NCBI GenBank assembly: GCA_049971465.1
Contig: JBMFLB010000001.1
Location: forward strand, 1 to 42,497
Direction: 5' to 3'
DNA from: Minisyncoccia bacterium
GTDB taxonomy: Bacteria > Patescibacteriota > Minisyncoccia > UBA6257 > GWB1-50-10
DNA length: 42,497 nucleotides
In this document: piece after piece, positions 30,404 through 38,490 of the stretch
Layout: the number at the start of each line of letters is the position of its first letter
How positions within the stretch are numbered: the stretch's first letter is position 1
The notes under the pieces: model-generated
Database searches by the model: none
Told to the model about the DNA's origin: nothing
What the model saw: only the letters and a program-made list of their open reading frames with translations
Program-made: the position numbers and the translations under genes

Positions 30404-30823
30404 ATGAAGAGGATAATATTTATTTTTATAATATTTTTATTATTCAATAATATTGTTTTTGCTCAAAATATAAATAGTAATATTAATTTATTAAACAACC
30501 AACAACTAATTGTTCCAGAACCATTAAAAGATTTATGGAATACGTTTTCAAAAATTAAATTTGATAGTATTGGACAAAATATAGTTTCTAATCCATTAGT
30601 ACAAAAAGCAGCTTCACAAGTTAAACAAGTGGCGGGAAGTGGCATTAATACTAATCCCAGTGGCTTATGGAATAATGCAAATAATTGGTTTGTGTCTAAA
30701 ATTGGCGTATCATTGTTTGATATTATAAAAAGTATAATAAATGTTTTTATTTGGTTTTTGAATTTAATTTCTCAAATGTTAAAAATTGGATTAGATATGT
30801 TATCTGGTTTAGGAGGGCATTAA
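30404..30823 (+). CDS. Hypothetical secreted/membrane protein
   Basis: Signal peptide MKRIIFIFIIFLLFNNIVFAQN and a C-terminal hydrophobic segment. TGATATAAT lies 12 nt upstream of the ATG. No recognisable family. Confidence 0.5.
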   Translation: MKRIIFIFIIFLLFNNIVFAQNINSNINLLNNQQLIVPEPLKDLWNTFSKIKFDSIGQNIVSNPLVQKAASQVKQVAGSGINTNPSGLWNNANNWFVSKIGVSLFDIIKSIINVFIWFLNLISQMLKIGLDMLSGLGGH

Positions 30824-30866
30824 TAAATTACATTTTATAATATTTTTTATTAATAAAATAAATATG

Positions 30867-30892
30867 TGTCGCAAAAGGTATCTTGTGCGACA
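30867..30892 (+). terminator. GC-cored hairpin after ORF 30404-30823 (terminator-like, no T-run)
   Basis: TGTCGCA (30867-30873) pairs with TGCGACA (30886-30892). Inner AAG/CTT pairs close a GTAT loop. Confidence 0.35.
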
Positions 30893-30920
30893 GATAATAA
30901 AAATAATAAATATACTTCCC

Positions 30921-30944
30921 TGTTAATTTTCTTGTTAATTTTCT
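30921..30944 (+). repeat. Perfect 12-nt tandem direct repeat upstream of the nuclease gene
   Basis: TGTTAATTTTCT at 30921-30932 and 30933-30944. Function unknown (possible operator). Confidence 0.8.
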
Positions 30945-30980
30945 TGATTTATTTAAATTTATATTTATACTTAAATTTAT

Positions 30981-31742
30981 ATGTTTTATTCTGACGAGGA
31001 ACAATTTAAAAGCCAATGTGGATATGAAATTGATGGTTTTTGGTATCCCCGCGTAACAAAAATAGTTGAAATAAAATCTAAACCAGCTTTATATCACTTT
31101 TATGCTAATGCTGAAAATTTTGCTGCCGGAGAAAAAATTAAACAAAAATCAGCTTTAGAGGGTTCAAGAGTTCATGAAATCGTTGAGGCAATATTATTAG
31201 GCCAAAAACCAGATGTACCAGATGATATTAAACCAGCAATACAAGCATTTGGCGAATTTATTTTACAAAAAAACATAAAAATAGATAAAAATTACGTCGA
31301 AAAAAGATTGATTAACTATGATGAACGCTATGCTGGGACTTTAGATGCTATTGCCTTAATTGATGGTAAATTAGGTATTTTAGACTTTAAAACATCTCAA
31401 GAAATTTACCGCGACTATAACTTACAAACCGCCGCTTATATGGCTGCAATGAAAGATGAAATTAATGATTTAGAAACAAGATGGATTTTAAGAATTGATC
31501 AAATTAGACAATGTGTAAAATGTGGAGCAATTTTAAGACCAAAAGGTGGTAATAATAAAATAAAAATTCAAAAGGGTAATGCGTTTATGGAAACCTGTAA
31601 CCACCAGTGGGGGCCATTAGAAGGCCAAATAGAATTAAAAGAATTCCCCTATTGGCATTCTGATTATCAAGCATTTCTTGCGGCTAAAAAATTATGGGAA
31701 TGGGAAAATGAAGATTGGCTTAAAAAAATTGGATATTTATAA
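30981..31742 (+). CDS. PD-(D/E)XK superfamily nuclease (RecB/Cas4-like fold) with inserted Cys/His zinc-ribbon-like segment
   Basis: GSRVHEIVE, YAGTLDAIALIDGKLGILDFKTS (D...D/ExK), LQTAAY (QxxxY), CVKCG...ETCNHQW. Confidence 0.7.
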   Translation: MFYSDEEQFKSQCGYEIDGFWYPRVTKIVEIKSKPALYHFYANAENFAAGEKIKQKSALEGSRVHEIVEAILLGQKPDVPDDIKPAIQAFGEFILQKNIKIDKNYVEKRLINYDERYAGTLDAIALIDGKLGILDFKTSQEIYRDYNLQTAAYMAAMKDEINDLETRWILRIDQIRQCVKCGAILRPKGGNNKIKIQKGNAFMETCNHQWGPLEGQIELKEFPYWHSDYQAFLAAKKLWEWENEDWLKKIGYL

Positions 31743-31754
31743 AATAAATTTTAT

Positions 31755-31913
31755 TCATTGCAATTCGTTTTTTTGAATAATTATTGGTGATTGATTTTTA
31801 CTATAACCAAATAAATACCCAACGCCAAAAATAAACAAAACAATTAAAATTATAATAGCAACAATAAAAATATAAAATTTATTTTGTTTAATTTTATTTA
31901 TTAATCTTGACAT
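31755..31913 (-). CDS. Candidate 52-aa single-pass membrane protein (below the ORF-track cutoff)
   Basis: Hand translation: MSRLINKIKQNKFYIFIVAIIILIVLFIFGVGYLFGYSKNQSPIIIQKNELQ, stop TGA. Stop-free frame in an otherwise unassigned 200-nt gap. Confidence 0.3.
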   Translation of the reverse strand: MSRLINKIKQNKFYIFIVAIIILIVLFIFGVGYLFGYSKNQSPIIIQKNELQ

Positions 31914-31935
31914 ACCATTTATAAATTTTTATACT
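31907..31935 (+). promoter_or_regulatory. Sigma70-type promoter of rpmA
   Basis: TTGACA (31907-31912), 17-nt spacer, TATACT (31930-31935). The ATG is 13 nt downstream. Confidence 0.5.
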
Positions 31936-31948
31936 TATATTATAAATT

Positions 31949-32221
31949 ATGGCACATACTAAAGCAAAAGGTTCAACAAAATTAGGCCGAGAATCGGAAT
32001 CCAAAAGATTGGGGGTTAAAAAATTTCATGGGCAAAAAATAAATGCCGGTGAAGTAATTGTACGACAAAGAGGAACTAAATTTTATCCTGGAGATAATGT
32101 TAAAAAAGGAAGTGATGACACATTATATGCAACTAAATCAGGAATATTAAAATTTGCAATAAAATCTAAATATCACTTTGATGGTAAAAAACAAAAAGTA
32201 AAAGTAATATCAGTAGTATAA
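31949..32221 (+). CDS. rpmA: 50S ribosomal protein L27
   Basis: [51 protein letters not shown]. Confidence 0.95.
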   Translation: MAHTKAKGSTKLGRESESKRLGVKKFHGQKINAGEVIVRQRGTKFYPGDNVKKGSDDTLYATKSGILKFAIKSKYHFDGKKQKVKVISVV

Positions 32222-32223
32222 AA

Positions 32224-32655
32224 TTATTCAGGTTTTACAATTATTTTAATTTGGGTTTTAATCCCCTGCCCTAAATTTAAAGGAACCAAAAAATTTCCAA
32301 ATGATTTTATTGGTTCATTTAATTCTATTTTAAATTGTTTTAATTGATTATAGTCAAGTTGTTGAATTTTTTTTATTATGATTTCTTTATTAATTGAACC
32401 AAATATTGTGTTATTAGAAGTTTTTAAAGTAAATTCTAATGTTAGGTTTGATAATTGTTCGGCATATTTTTTTAACTTTTCTAAATTTTTTTCTTTTTGT
32501 TGTTCTAAAGTTTTTATAATTTGTAAATTATTTTTATTCGCTAATAATGCTAATTTTTTGGGAATTAAATAATTTAAAGCATACCCTTCTTTTACATCTT
32601 TTATTTCATATTTTTTACCTAATCCATTTATATCTTTTAAAAGAATTACTTTCAT
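32224..32655 (-). CDS. rplI: 50S ribosomal protein L9
   Basis: MKVILLKDINGLGKKYEIKDVKEGYALNYLIPKKLA. Confidence 0.9.
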   Translation of the reverse strand: MKVILLKDINGLGKKYEIKDVKEGYALNYLIPKKLALLANKNNLQIIKTLEQQKEKNLEKLKKYAEQLSNLTLEFTLKTSNNTIFGSINKEIIIKKIQQLDYNQLKQFKIELNEPIKSFGNFLVPLNLGQGIKTQIKIIVKPE

Positions 32656-33884
32656 AAATTATATAATTCTTTTAATACTTGAATTGCTTTTTGCAATTGA
32701 GGATCTTTGTTGTTTTTAATATCATCATCGGTAATTGGTACTTTATAATCAGGCATTAAACCAACTTTATCAATAGTATAACCTTTAGGTGTTAACCACT
32801 GTGCAATTGAAATTTTTATTTCTGAACCATCACTTAATGTTTCTATTTGTTGAACAGTGCCTTTACCAAAAGTTTTTTCTCCAATTAATTTTATATTACG
32901 ATCATCACGTAATGCCCCGGCTAAAATTTCTGAAGCTGATGCTGAACCATCATCTACTAAAACAACCACTGGAAAATTTGCTAATGCTTCATTGCCATAA
33001 GCTTTAAAATATTCTGTCTCACCAGGAGATTTTTCTTGTACTACTACCGTACCCTTTTTTACAAACCATCCTGACAAATCTATTGCCGTTTGTAAAAATC
33101 CGCCAGGATTACCTCGTAAATCTAATATTAGTCCTTTAGCATTATTAATTAATCCATTTAATACTGCTTGATAAAACAAAGAATTAGCATTGCTATTAAA
33201 AGCATATAAATGGATATAAAGTATATTATTATCAATCATTTTACTATCTAAAGTAGGCGTTTGTATTTCTTGCCGTATTATTTTAAAATCTTTTGGTTTA
33301 TTCCAAGAAGATCTTAAAATAGATAAAACAACTGGTGTGCCCACTGTTCCTCTAATAAGTTTAACAGCTTGGTCAATTGACATATTTAAAGTACTGGTGC
33401 CATCTATTGCTACAATAATGTCATTAGATTTTATACCTGCTTTTTCTGCTGGAGAATTTTTTAATGGTGCAATGATAACTAAATTACTATTTTTAATACC
33501 TAATTCAGCACCAATACCGCCAAAATTACCAGTAACATCTTGATTAAATTTTTTAGCATCACTTGGCGTTAAAAAAACAGAATAAGGGTCATTTAACGCA
33601 TTAACAATGCCGCTAGCTGCACCATATAACAAATCCTGATTAGTAACGCTAGAAGCATTATAATAATAAGTTTTAACAATATTTATGGTTTGATTTAATA
33701 AATTATTAGATGATAAATCAAAGGTTGATGTAGCAATTTTATTGGTTAGTGAGTTATTAACACCAAAATTATAGCCAATATATAAACATAAAAAAATAAT
33801 TGCTAAACTGCCTAAAATTATTGTTAAATATTGTAAAAAAACCAATATTTTATGACTTTTTAAAAAATTAATTAATTTAACCAT
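32652..33884 (-). CDS. ctpA: C-terminal processing peptidase (S41)
   Basis: N-terminal TM. GNFGGIGAELG, PDZ segment AEKAGIKSNDIIVAIDG, LDLRGNPGG, LVDDGSASASEILAGAL, GEKTFGKGTVQ. Confidence 0.9.
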   Translation of the reverse strand: MVKLINFLKSHKILVFLQYLTIILGSLAIIFLCLYIGYNFGVNNSLTNKIATSTFDLSSNNLLNQTINIVKTYYYNASSVTNQDLLYGAASGIVNALNDPYSVFLTPSDAKKFNQDVTGNFGGIGAELGIKNSNLVIIAPLKNSPAEKAGIKSNDIIVAIDGTSTLNMSIDQAVKLIRGTVGTPVVLSILRSSWNKPKDFKIIRQEIQTPTLDSKMIDNNILYIHLYAFNSNANSLFYQAVLNGLINNAKGLILDLRGNPGGFLQTAIDLSGWFVKKGTVVVQEKSPGETEYFKAYGNEALANFPVVVLVDDGSASASEILAGALRDDRNIKLIGEKTFGKGTVQQIETLSDGSEIKISIAQWLTPKGYTIDKVGLMPDYKVPITDDDIKNNKDPQLQKAIQVLKELYNL

Positions 33885-33891
33885 TTAGTTT

Positions 33892-33900
33892 ATTGTACTA
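33892..33900 (-). promoter_or_regulatory. TAGTACAAT -10 element 7 nt upstream of the ctpA ATG
   Basis: Minus strand reads TAGTACAAT-aaactaa-ATG. Confidence 0.5.
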
Positions 33901-33940
33901 AAAAAAATATAAATTATCAAATTTTATTAATTTATTTTAT

Positions 33941-34498
33941 TTATCCAATAATTTTATAATGAGCACCACTTTTAGATAAATACGATTGCATTAAAACTAT
34001 ATCATAACTATTTATTTGCCAATTTAAATTTATATTTAATGATGGCAATGGTGATTTTTGAAAAAATGATGATTTTAAAAAACGAGCAATAGTAATATGA
34101 CCATTAAAAGTTCTATTTTCTTGTTGAAAAGAAATCTGATGACTTAATAAATCATTAGAAATTTTTTGTTGCATTTGTCCTAATAATTGAGATGTTTTAT
34201 TATTAGTATTAATCCAAATCATTCGAGGTGTTTGATTAATTGGTCCATAAGTTATTGAATTAAAATTAATAGCAACTTTATCTAATAAATTATATTTTTT
34301 TACAATAGTTTGAATTGTATTTAATTTTTCTTCATTTTGATATCCAAGAAAAAGAATTGTTAGATGCCAATTTTCTGGAGGTAAAAATCTAATAAAATCA
34401 TAATTAGTAAATTTTGTTTTTAACTCATTTACTTTATTTCCAATCATTTTTCTAAAATCATCATTAAAATTAATAGCAATAAATAAACGTAAATTCAT
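33941..34498 (-). CDS. thpR: RNA 2',3'-cyclic phosphodiesterase (2H family, ThpR/LigT)
   Basis: RLFIAINF. Two HxT/S motifs: WHLTILFLG and GHITIAR. Confidence 0.8.
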   Translation of the reverse strand: MNLRLFIAINFNDDFRKMIGNKVNELKTKFTNYDFIRFLPPENWHLTILFLGYQNEEKLNTIQTIVKKYNLLDKVAINFNSITYGPINQTPRMIWINTNNKTSQLLGQMQQKISNDLLSHQISFQQENRTFNGHITIARFLKSSFFQKSPLPSLNINLNWQINSYDIVLMQSYLSKSGAHYKIIG

Positions 34499-34510
34499 TT
34501 TGATTTAAAT

Positions 34511-34837
34511 ATGATAAAGATTTATTATATATTTGACATGGCAATGGATCAAAATTATAATAAAATATATTTACAAAAAATAAAAGAACGTGCTAAAACA
34601 TCAAAAATTTACAAAAAATATCAAGCAACTGGTCTTACTATTGCACAATTGTTAAACGATGATAAACATAAATCTTTATATATAAAATTAGCAAAACAAT
34701 ATAATAATGAATTATTAATTCAATTAGCGGTTAATATTCATAATAAAACAAAAATAAAAAATAAAGGCGGATATTTTATGAAAGTTTTACAAAATTATAA
34801 ACAAAACAAATTATATGAACATTCTAACCATAAATAA
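34511..34837 (+). CDS. Hypothetical small basic protein
   Basis: 108-aa ORF: KIKERAKTSKIYKKYQATGLTIAQLLNDDKHKSLYIKLAK...NKGGYFM. Start uncertain (ATGs at 34511, 34538 and 34544). A consensus promoter lies inside its 5' end. Confidence 0.4.
   Translation: MIKIYYIFDMAMDQNYNKIYLQKIKERAKTSKIYKKYQATGLTIAQLLNDDKHKSLYIKLAKQYNNELLIQLAVNIHNKTKIKNKGGYFMKVLQNYKQNKLYEHSNHK
34533..34561 (+). promoter_or_regulatory. Perfect consensus sigma70 promoter TTGACA-N17-TATAAT
   Basis: TTGACA 34533-34538, 17-nt spacer, TATAAT 34556-34561. Confidence 0.45.
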
Positions 34838-35285
34838 TCCAAAAGAAAAAGAATTTTTAAATAAAAAAACAAAAGAAATAAATTTAAAAACTATTGATAA
34901 AAAGTTTTTACGAACAACAATTCAACAAATGAGAAAAATAATGAAAGAATCAAATGGTGTTGGTTTAAGTGCAAATCAAGTTGGCTTAGATTTAAAATTT
35001 TTTATTGCTCAAGTTTATGATTCTCAAGGCAAACCAAAATTTTATGCAATTTTAAATCCTAAAATAGTTAAAAAATCCAATAAAAAAATTATACAAGAAG
35101 AAGGATGTTTAAGTGTGCCGGGTATTTTTGAACCAACTCCTCGTTATGATTATGTTATTTTAGAAGGTTATGATTTAAATTTTAAAAAAATAAAAATAAA
35201 AGCGTGGGGATTATTAGCACGAATTTTCCAGCATGAAGTTGATCATCTTAATGGTAAATTGTTTTTAGATCATATAAAAAAATAA
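34815..35285 (+). CDS. def: Peptide deformylase
   Basis: GVGLSANQVG, EGCLSVPG, QHEVDHLNG. Confidence 0.9.
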   Translation: MNILTINNPKEKEFLNKKTKEINLKTIDKKFLRTTIQQMRKIMKESNGVGLSANQVGLDLKFFIAQVYDSQGKPKFYAILNPKIVKKSNKKIIQEEGCLSVPGIFEPTPRYDYVILEGYDLNFKKIKIKAWGLLARIFQHEVDHLNGKLFLDHIKK

Positions 35286-35286
35286 T

Positions 35287-36120
35287 ATGAATTTTGTTTT
35301 TTTTGGTACACCTGATTTTGCTGCAATTATTTTGCAAAAATTAATTGATAATAAAATTATACCATCACTAATAATTACTAATCCTGATAAACCAGTAGGA
35401 AGAAAAAAAATTATGACTCCCCCACCAGTTAAAATCATTGCTAAAAAATATAATCTAAAATGTATTCAACCGGAAAAATTAAATAGCAATGAAATTAAAC
35501 AATTAGGTGAATATCAATTTGGTATTTTAGCTGCTTATGGTAAAATAATACCTTTTGATGTTATTAATATTTTCTCTAAAGGAATAATTGTAATTCACCC
35601 ATCTCTTTTACCAAAATATCGTGGTCCTACTCCAATTCAATCAGTAATTTTAAATAATGAAAAAGAAACTGGAACAACTCTTTTTTTAATGGATGAAAAA
35701 GTAGATCATGGACCAATTATTGCGCAACAAAAATATATTTTACCTGATAATATTAATTTCCAAAAATTACATAATGATTTAGCAAATTTATCTGCTGATT
35801 TATTAATAAAAACATTGCCTGAATTTTTAAATAATAATTGTCAATTAACTCAACAAAATGACAATGATGCAACTTATACTAAAAAATTTAATAACGAAGA
35901 TGCATTTATTAAATATGAAGATTTAGAAAAAGCGCAAATTATTGGAGGAAATATAGCACAAATAATTGATAAAAAAATAAAAGCATTAAATCCCGAGCCA
36001 GGAACATATACAATAGATAAAAATAATAAAAGAATTAAACTTTTAGATTCTGAAATTAAAAATAATAAATTAAAACTTAATATTATTCAAAAAGAAGGAA
36101 AAAAACCAACAAAACTTTAG
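35287..36120 (+). CDS. fmt: Methionyl-tRNA formyltransferase
   Basis: FFGTPDFA, IHPSLLPKYRGPTPIQ, TGTTLFLMDEKVDHGPII. Follows def. Confidence 0.9.
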   Translation: MNFVFFGTPDFAAIILQKLIDNKIIPSLIITNPDKPVGRKKIMTPPPVKIIAKKYNLKCIQPEKLNSNEIKQLGEYQFGILAAYGKIIPFDVINIFSKGIIVIHPSLLPKYRGPTPIQSVILNNEKETGTTLFLMDEKVDHGPIIAQQKYILPDNINFQKLHNDLANLSADLLIKTLPEFLNNNCQLTQQNDNDATYTKKFNNEDAFIKYEDLEKAQIIGGNIAQIIDKKIKALNPEPGTYTIDKNNKRIKLLDSEIKNNKLKLNIIQKEGKKPTKL

Positions 36121-36130
36121 TAAATAAAAA

Positions 36131-36148
36131 GGCAAGTAAAAACTTGCC
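36131..36148 (-). terminator. Hairpin whose T-run lies on the minus strand
   Basis: GGCAAGT-AAAA-ACTTGCC. On the plus strand it is followed by ATAAAAA. On the minus strand it is followed by TTTTTATTT. Confidence 0.35.
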
Positions 36149-36317
36149 ATAAAAACCTCATATCCCCTCCCCTAAATTTCCCTAAATAAGGTAACAAAAT
36201 GATATTAATAATATTTAGATTTAAGTAATTCATAATTCTTATAAAAAAATATTTTTATAATAAAATCAAGAATCAAATTTTAATTATGGATAAATATTTG
36301 AATAAAAAATTATTTTT

Positions 36318-36326
36318 TAGTACAAT
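36318..36326 (+). promoter_or_regulatory. TAGTACAAT -10 element 8 nt upstream of the tRNA-Gln 5' end
   Basis: TAGTACAAT-aaaaatat-TGCGGGG. Confidence 0.5.
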
Positions 36327-36334
36327 AAAAATAT

Positions 36335-36405
36335 TGCGGGGTCGTCTAATGGTAGGACATGGGCCTTTGGAGCCCAGTATCTAGGTTCGAATCCTAGCCC
36401 CGCAG
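36335..36405 (+). tRNA. tRNA-Gln (anticodon TTG)
   Basis: TGCGGGG...TGGGC-CTTTGGA-GCCCA...CTAGG-TTCGAAT-CCTAG-CCCCGCA-G. Acceptor and D arm are identical to the CTG isoacceptor at 15817-15887. Confidence 0.9.
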
Positions 36406-36423
36406 CAAAAAATATTTATTAAT

Positions 36424-36475
36424 GAATTCTTTTTAATAGATTTTAAGTAAAATACTAAAAAAGAATTTTTTTACA
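36424..36475 (+). terminator. AT-rich long-loop hairpin plus T-run after tRNA-Gln
   Basis: AATTCTTTTT (36425-36434) pairs with AAAAAGAATT (36458-36467), followed by a T-run. Confidence 0.3.
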
Positions 36476-36491
36476 TTAAAAATAAAATCAA

Positions 36492-36863
36492 TTAAAATAT
36501 AAATCTACCATTTACAAATCTTGATTCTAATAATTCACCTAATGTTTTAAACATTTCATTTGATGATGGTCTTAATAAACTTACTAAATTTTGTACCTCT
36601 TCATTAGCTGAAAAAGCATTGTTTACTTCGCTAATTCTTGTATTTAGAATTTGTCTTAAATAATTATCCATATCGGACTCAGTAAATGTAATATATTCAT
36701 GTAATGCTTGAACAAACTGTTTATGCATATTTTGATTTATTTCAAGCATATGAGTCCAATCATTATTAATATGACTCATCATATCAACATCATAAGAAGA
36801 TAAAGCTGACGGATGGGTTGCATTGATATGATTTAATTTATGCATTAATTCTCCTGCTTGCAC
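36492..36863 (-). CDS. Hypothetical His-rich protein. The frame stays open upstream to about 37024 without an ATG.
   Basis: The ORF track starts at GTG 36863. AGGAG lies 5 nt before the ATG at 36845. The same frame continues upstream as RRTDKIIKICESCPEAEAIFDLEKTSWTFDRWAGSFNHLSLQQQDAIINSHNV. Confidence 0.45.
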   Translation of the reverse strand: MQAGELMHKLNHINATHPSALSSYDVDMMSHINNDWTHMLEINQNMHKQFVQALHEYITFTESDMDNYLRQILNTRISEVNNAFSANEEVQNLVSLLRPSSNEMFKTLGELLESRFVNGRFIF

Positions 36864-37100
36864 TACATTATGACTATTTATTATTGCATCTTGTTGTTGT
36901 AAAGATAAGTGATTAAAACTTCCCGCCCATCGATCAAATGTCCAAGATGTTTTTTCTAAATCAAAAATTGCTTCTGCTTCAGGGCAACTTTCGCATATTT
37001 TAATAATTTTATCTGTTCTTCTTTAATTAATTCTTCTTGTTTATTTATATTTATTCTATTTTCTGTGTCCGCCATAATTAACTAAAAAAATTGTTAGAAC

Positions 37101-37460
37101 TTATGATTGTTTTGCTTTAGCTAGTAATAGTGATTTATAATTTGCAATTTCTTCTTTAATAACATCTTCGTATTCAGGAATATTTTTTTGTAAAAATTCA
37201 ATAATTGCATCAATATCTTCTGGAGTTTTTTCTAACATATCAGACAATATATTTTGTTGTTCTTCATTTAATCTTTCCATTAGTTTAATCCAACTACCAC
37301 GCACAATAACAAACATCATATCATCTAATAATGCTTGTTTTGTATCATCATCTAAACTGTTTAGACCTAATTCTTGGAATAAATCTATCTTTAATAAATT
37401 TTCTATTTCTTGTTTGTTTAATGACATTTTTTTATTTATTTTTGACCTTTTTATTACCAT
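37101..37460 (-). CDS. Small acidic helical protein, DUF5663-like
   Basis: LGLNSLDDDTKQALLDDMMFVI...LNEEQQNILSDMLEKTPEDIDAIIEFLQKNIPEYEDVIKEEIANYK resembles the DUF5663 pattern common in Parcubacteria, from memory. TATAAA lies 8 nt upstream of the ATG. Confidence 0.5.
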   Translation of the reverse strand: MVIKRSKINKKMSLNKQEIENLLKIDLFQELGLNSLDDDTKQALLDDMMFVIVRGSWIKLMERLNEEQQNILSDMLEKTPEDIDAIIEFLQKNIPEYEDVIKEEIANYKSLLLAKAKQS

Positions 37461-37500
37461 AATTAATTTTTATATAAAAAGTCAATAGGCAAAATTATAA

Positions 37501-38490
37501 CTATTTTAATATTTTTATGACCATTTCTGGGCTAATAGTATTTATTTCTATACCAGTATTTAATTCAAAACCAGCATCAATATTTAACTTTGGTATGATT
37601 TCAATAAACCAGTGATAAAAAGAAAACTTTGATTTATACTTTACTGGTGCAGTATTTATAAAAAAATTATAATCGGGCTTTTTTAATTTTTTCTCTATTT
37701 TATTTAAAGCATAATATAATGCATCAGCAATATCATATAAAATATTATCAGGGGTTTCTTCAAAAAAAGAATTATGTTTTTTAGGATAAATTCTTAATTC
37801 AAATGGTTCTTTAGAAACATAAGGCGCAATAACGATTGCTGATTTATTTTCATATAATATTCTAATCTTGTGTTTTTTTTCATTGGCAATAATATCACAA
37901 TGAACGCATCTTTTATTTTTTACAAAATATCTTTTGGAACCATTAAGATAATGTAAAATGTTAGGCGGGATAACTGGTATTGCTATTAATTGATAATGAG
38001 GATGATAAATAGTTGCGCCTGCTTCTCTACCCCAATTATGAAAAATAGAAATATAAGAAATACAAGAATTATTCATTACTTGTTTATAGCGTTCTCTAAA
38101 AGCTAATAATACCAAAAATGAATGTTGTAATGTTTGTTGAGCAAAATTTTTGTTATGATTGCTAGTAATAATTAAATCATGCACACCAATACCTGTTATT
38201 TGATTATAAAAATTTTTAGAAATAACTAATGGGCAATTGAAATCATCAATAACTGCTGGATATTTATTAGGTACCACAACAACAAACCAATTTTTTTCTT
38301 TTATTTCAAAGATAATTGGATGGGTTTTGCTAATATTTTCAAAAGGACAGGTTTTTACTGAGGTATCTAAACCAACTTTTTTCTTTATTTTTTTTAATCG
38401 TTTATTTCTTTGAGGAGCAATTAAAACCCATTCACCCGAAATTATATCTTGCCTAAACTCAGGACTATTTTGATTATTTTTAAGCGGCAT
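37501..38490 (-). CDS. galT: Galactose-1-phosphate uridylyltransferase-like HIT-family nucleotidyltransferase
   Basis: FRQDIISGEWVLIAPQR, CPFE, NKYPA, HPHYQLIA (HxHxQ active site). Confidence 0.75.
   Translation of the reverse strand: MPLKNNQNSPEFRQDIISGEWVLIAPQRNKRLKKIKKKVGLDTSVKTCPFENISKTHPIIFEIKEKNWFVVVVPNKYPAVIDDFNCPLVISKNFYNQITGIGVHDLIITSNHNKNFAQQTLQHSFLVLLAFRERYKQVMNNSCISYISIFHNWGREAGATIYHPHYQLIAIPVIPPNILHYLNGSKRYFVKNKRCVHCDIIANEKKHKIRILYENKSAIVIAPYVSKEPFELRIYPKKHNSFFEETPDNILYDIADALYYALNKIEKKLKKPDYNFFINTAPVKYKSKFSFYHWFIEIIPKLNIDAGFELNTGIEINTISPEMVIKILK

Noticed and set aside
18280-30944. CRISPR-like or longer repeat arrays.
   Set aside because: The only tandem repeats have two copies each: a 25-nt unit at 18280-18335 and a 12-nt unit at 30921-30944. 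There are no spacers and no cas genes.
36268-36400. ORF starting at the ATG near 36286 (MDKYLNKKLFFSTIKILRGRLMVGHGPLEPSI).
   Set aside because: It runs through the tRNA-Gln gene and its promoter, so it is a by-product of the tRNA sequence.
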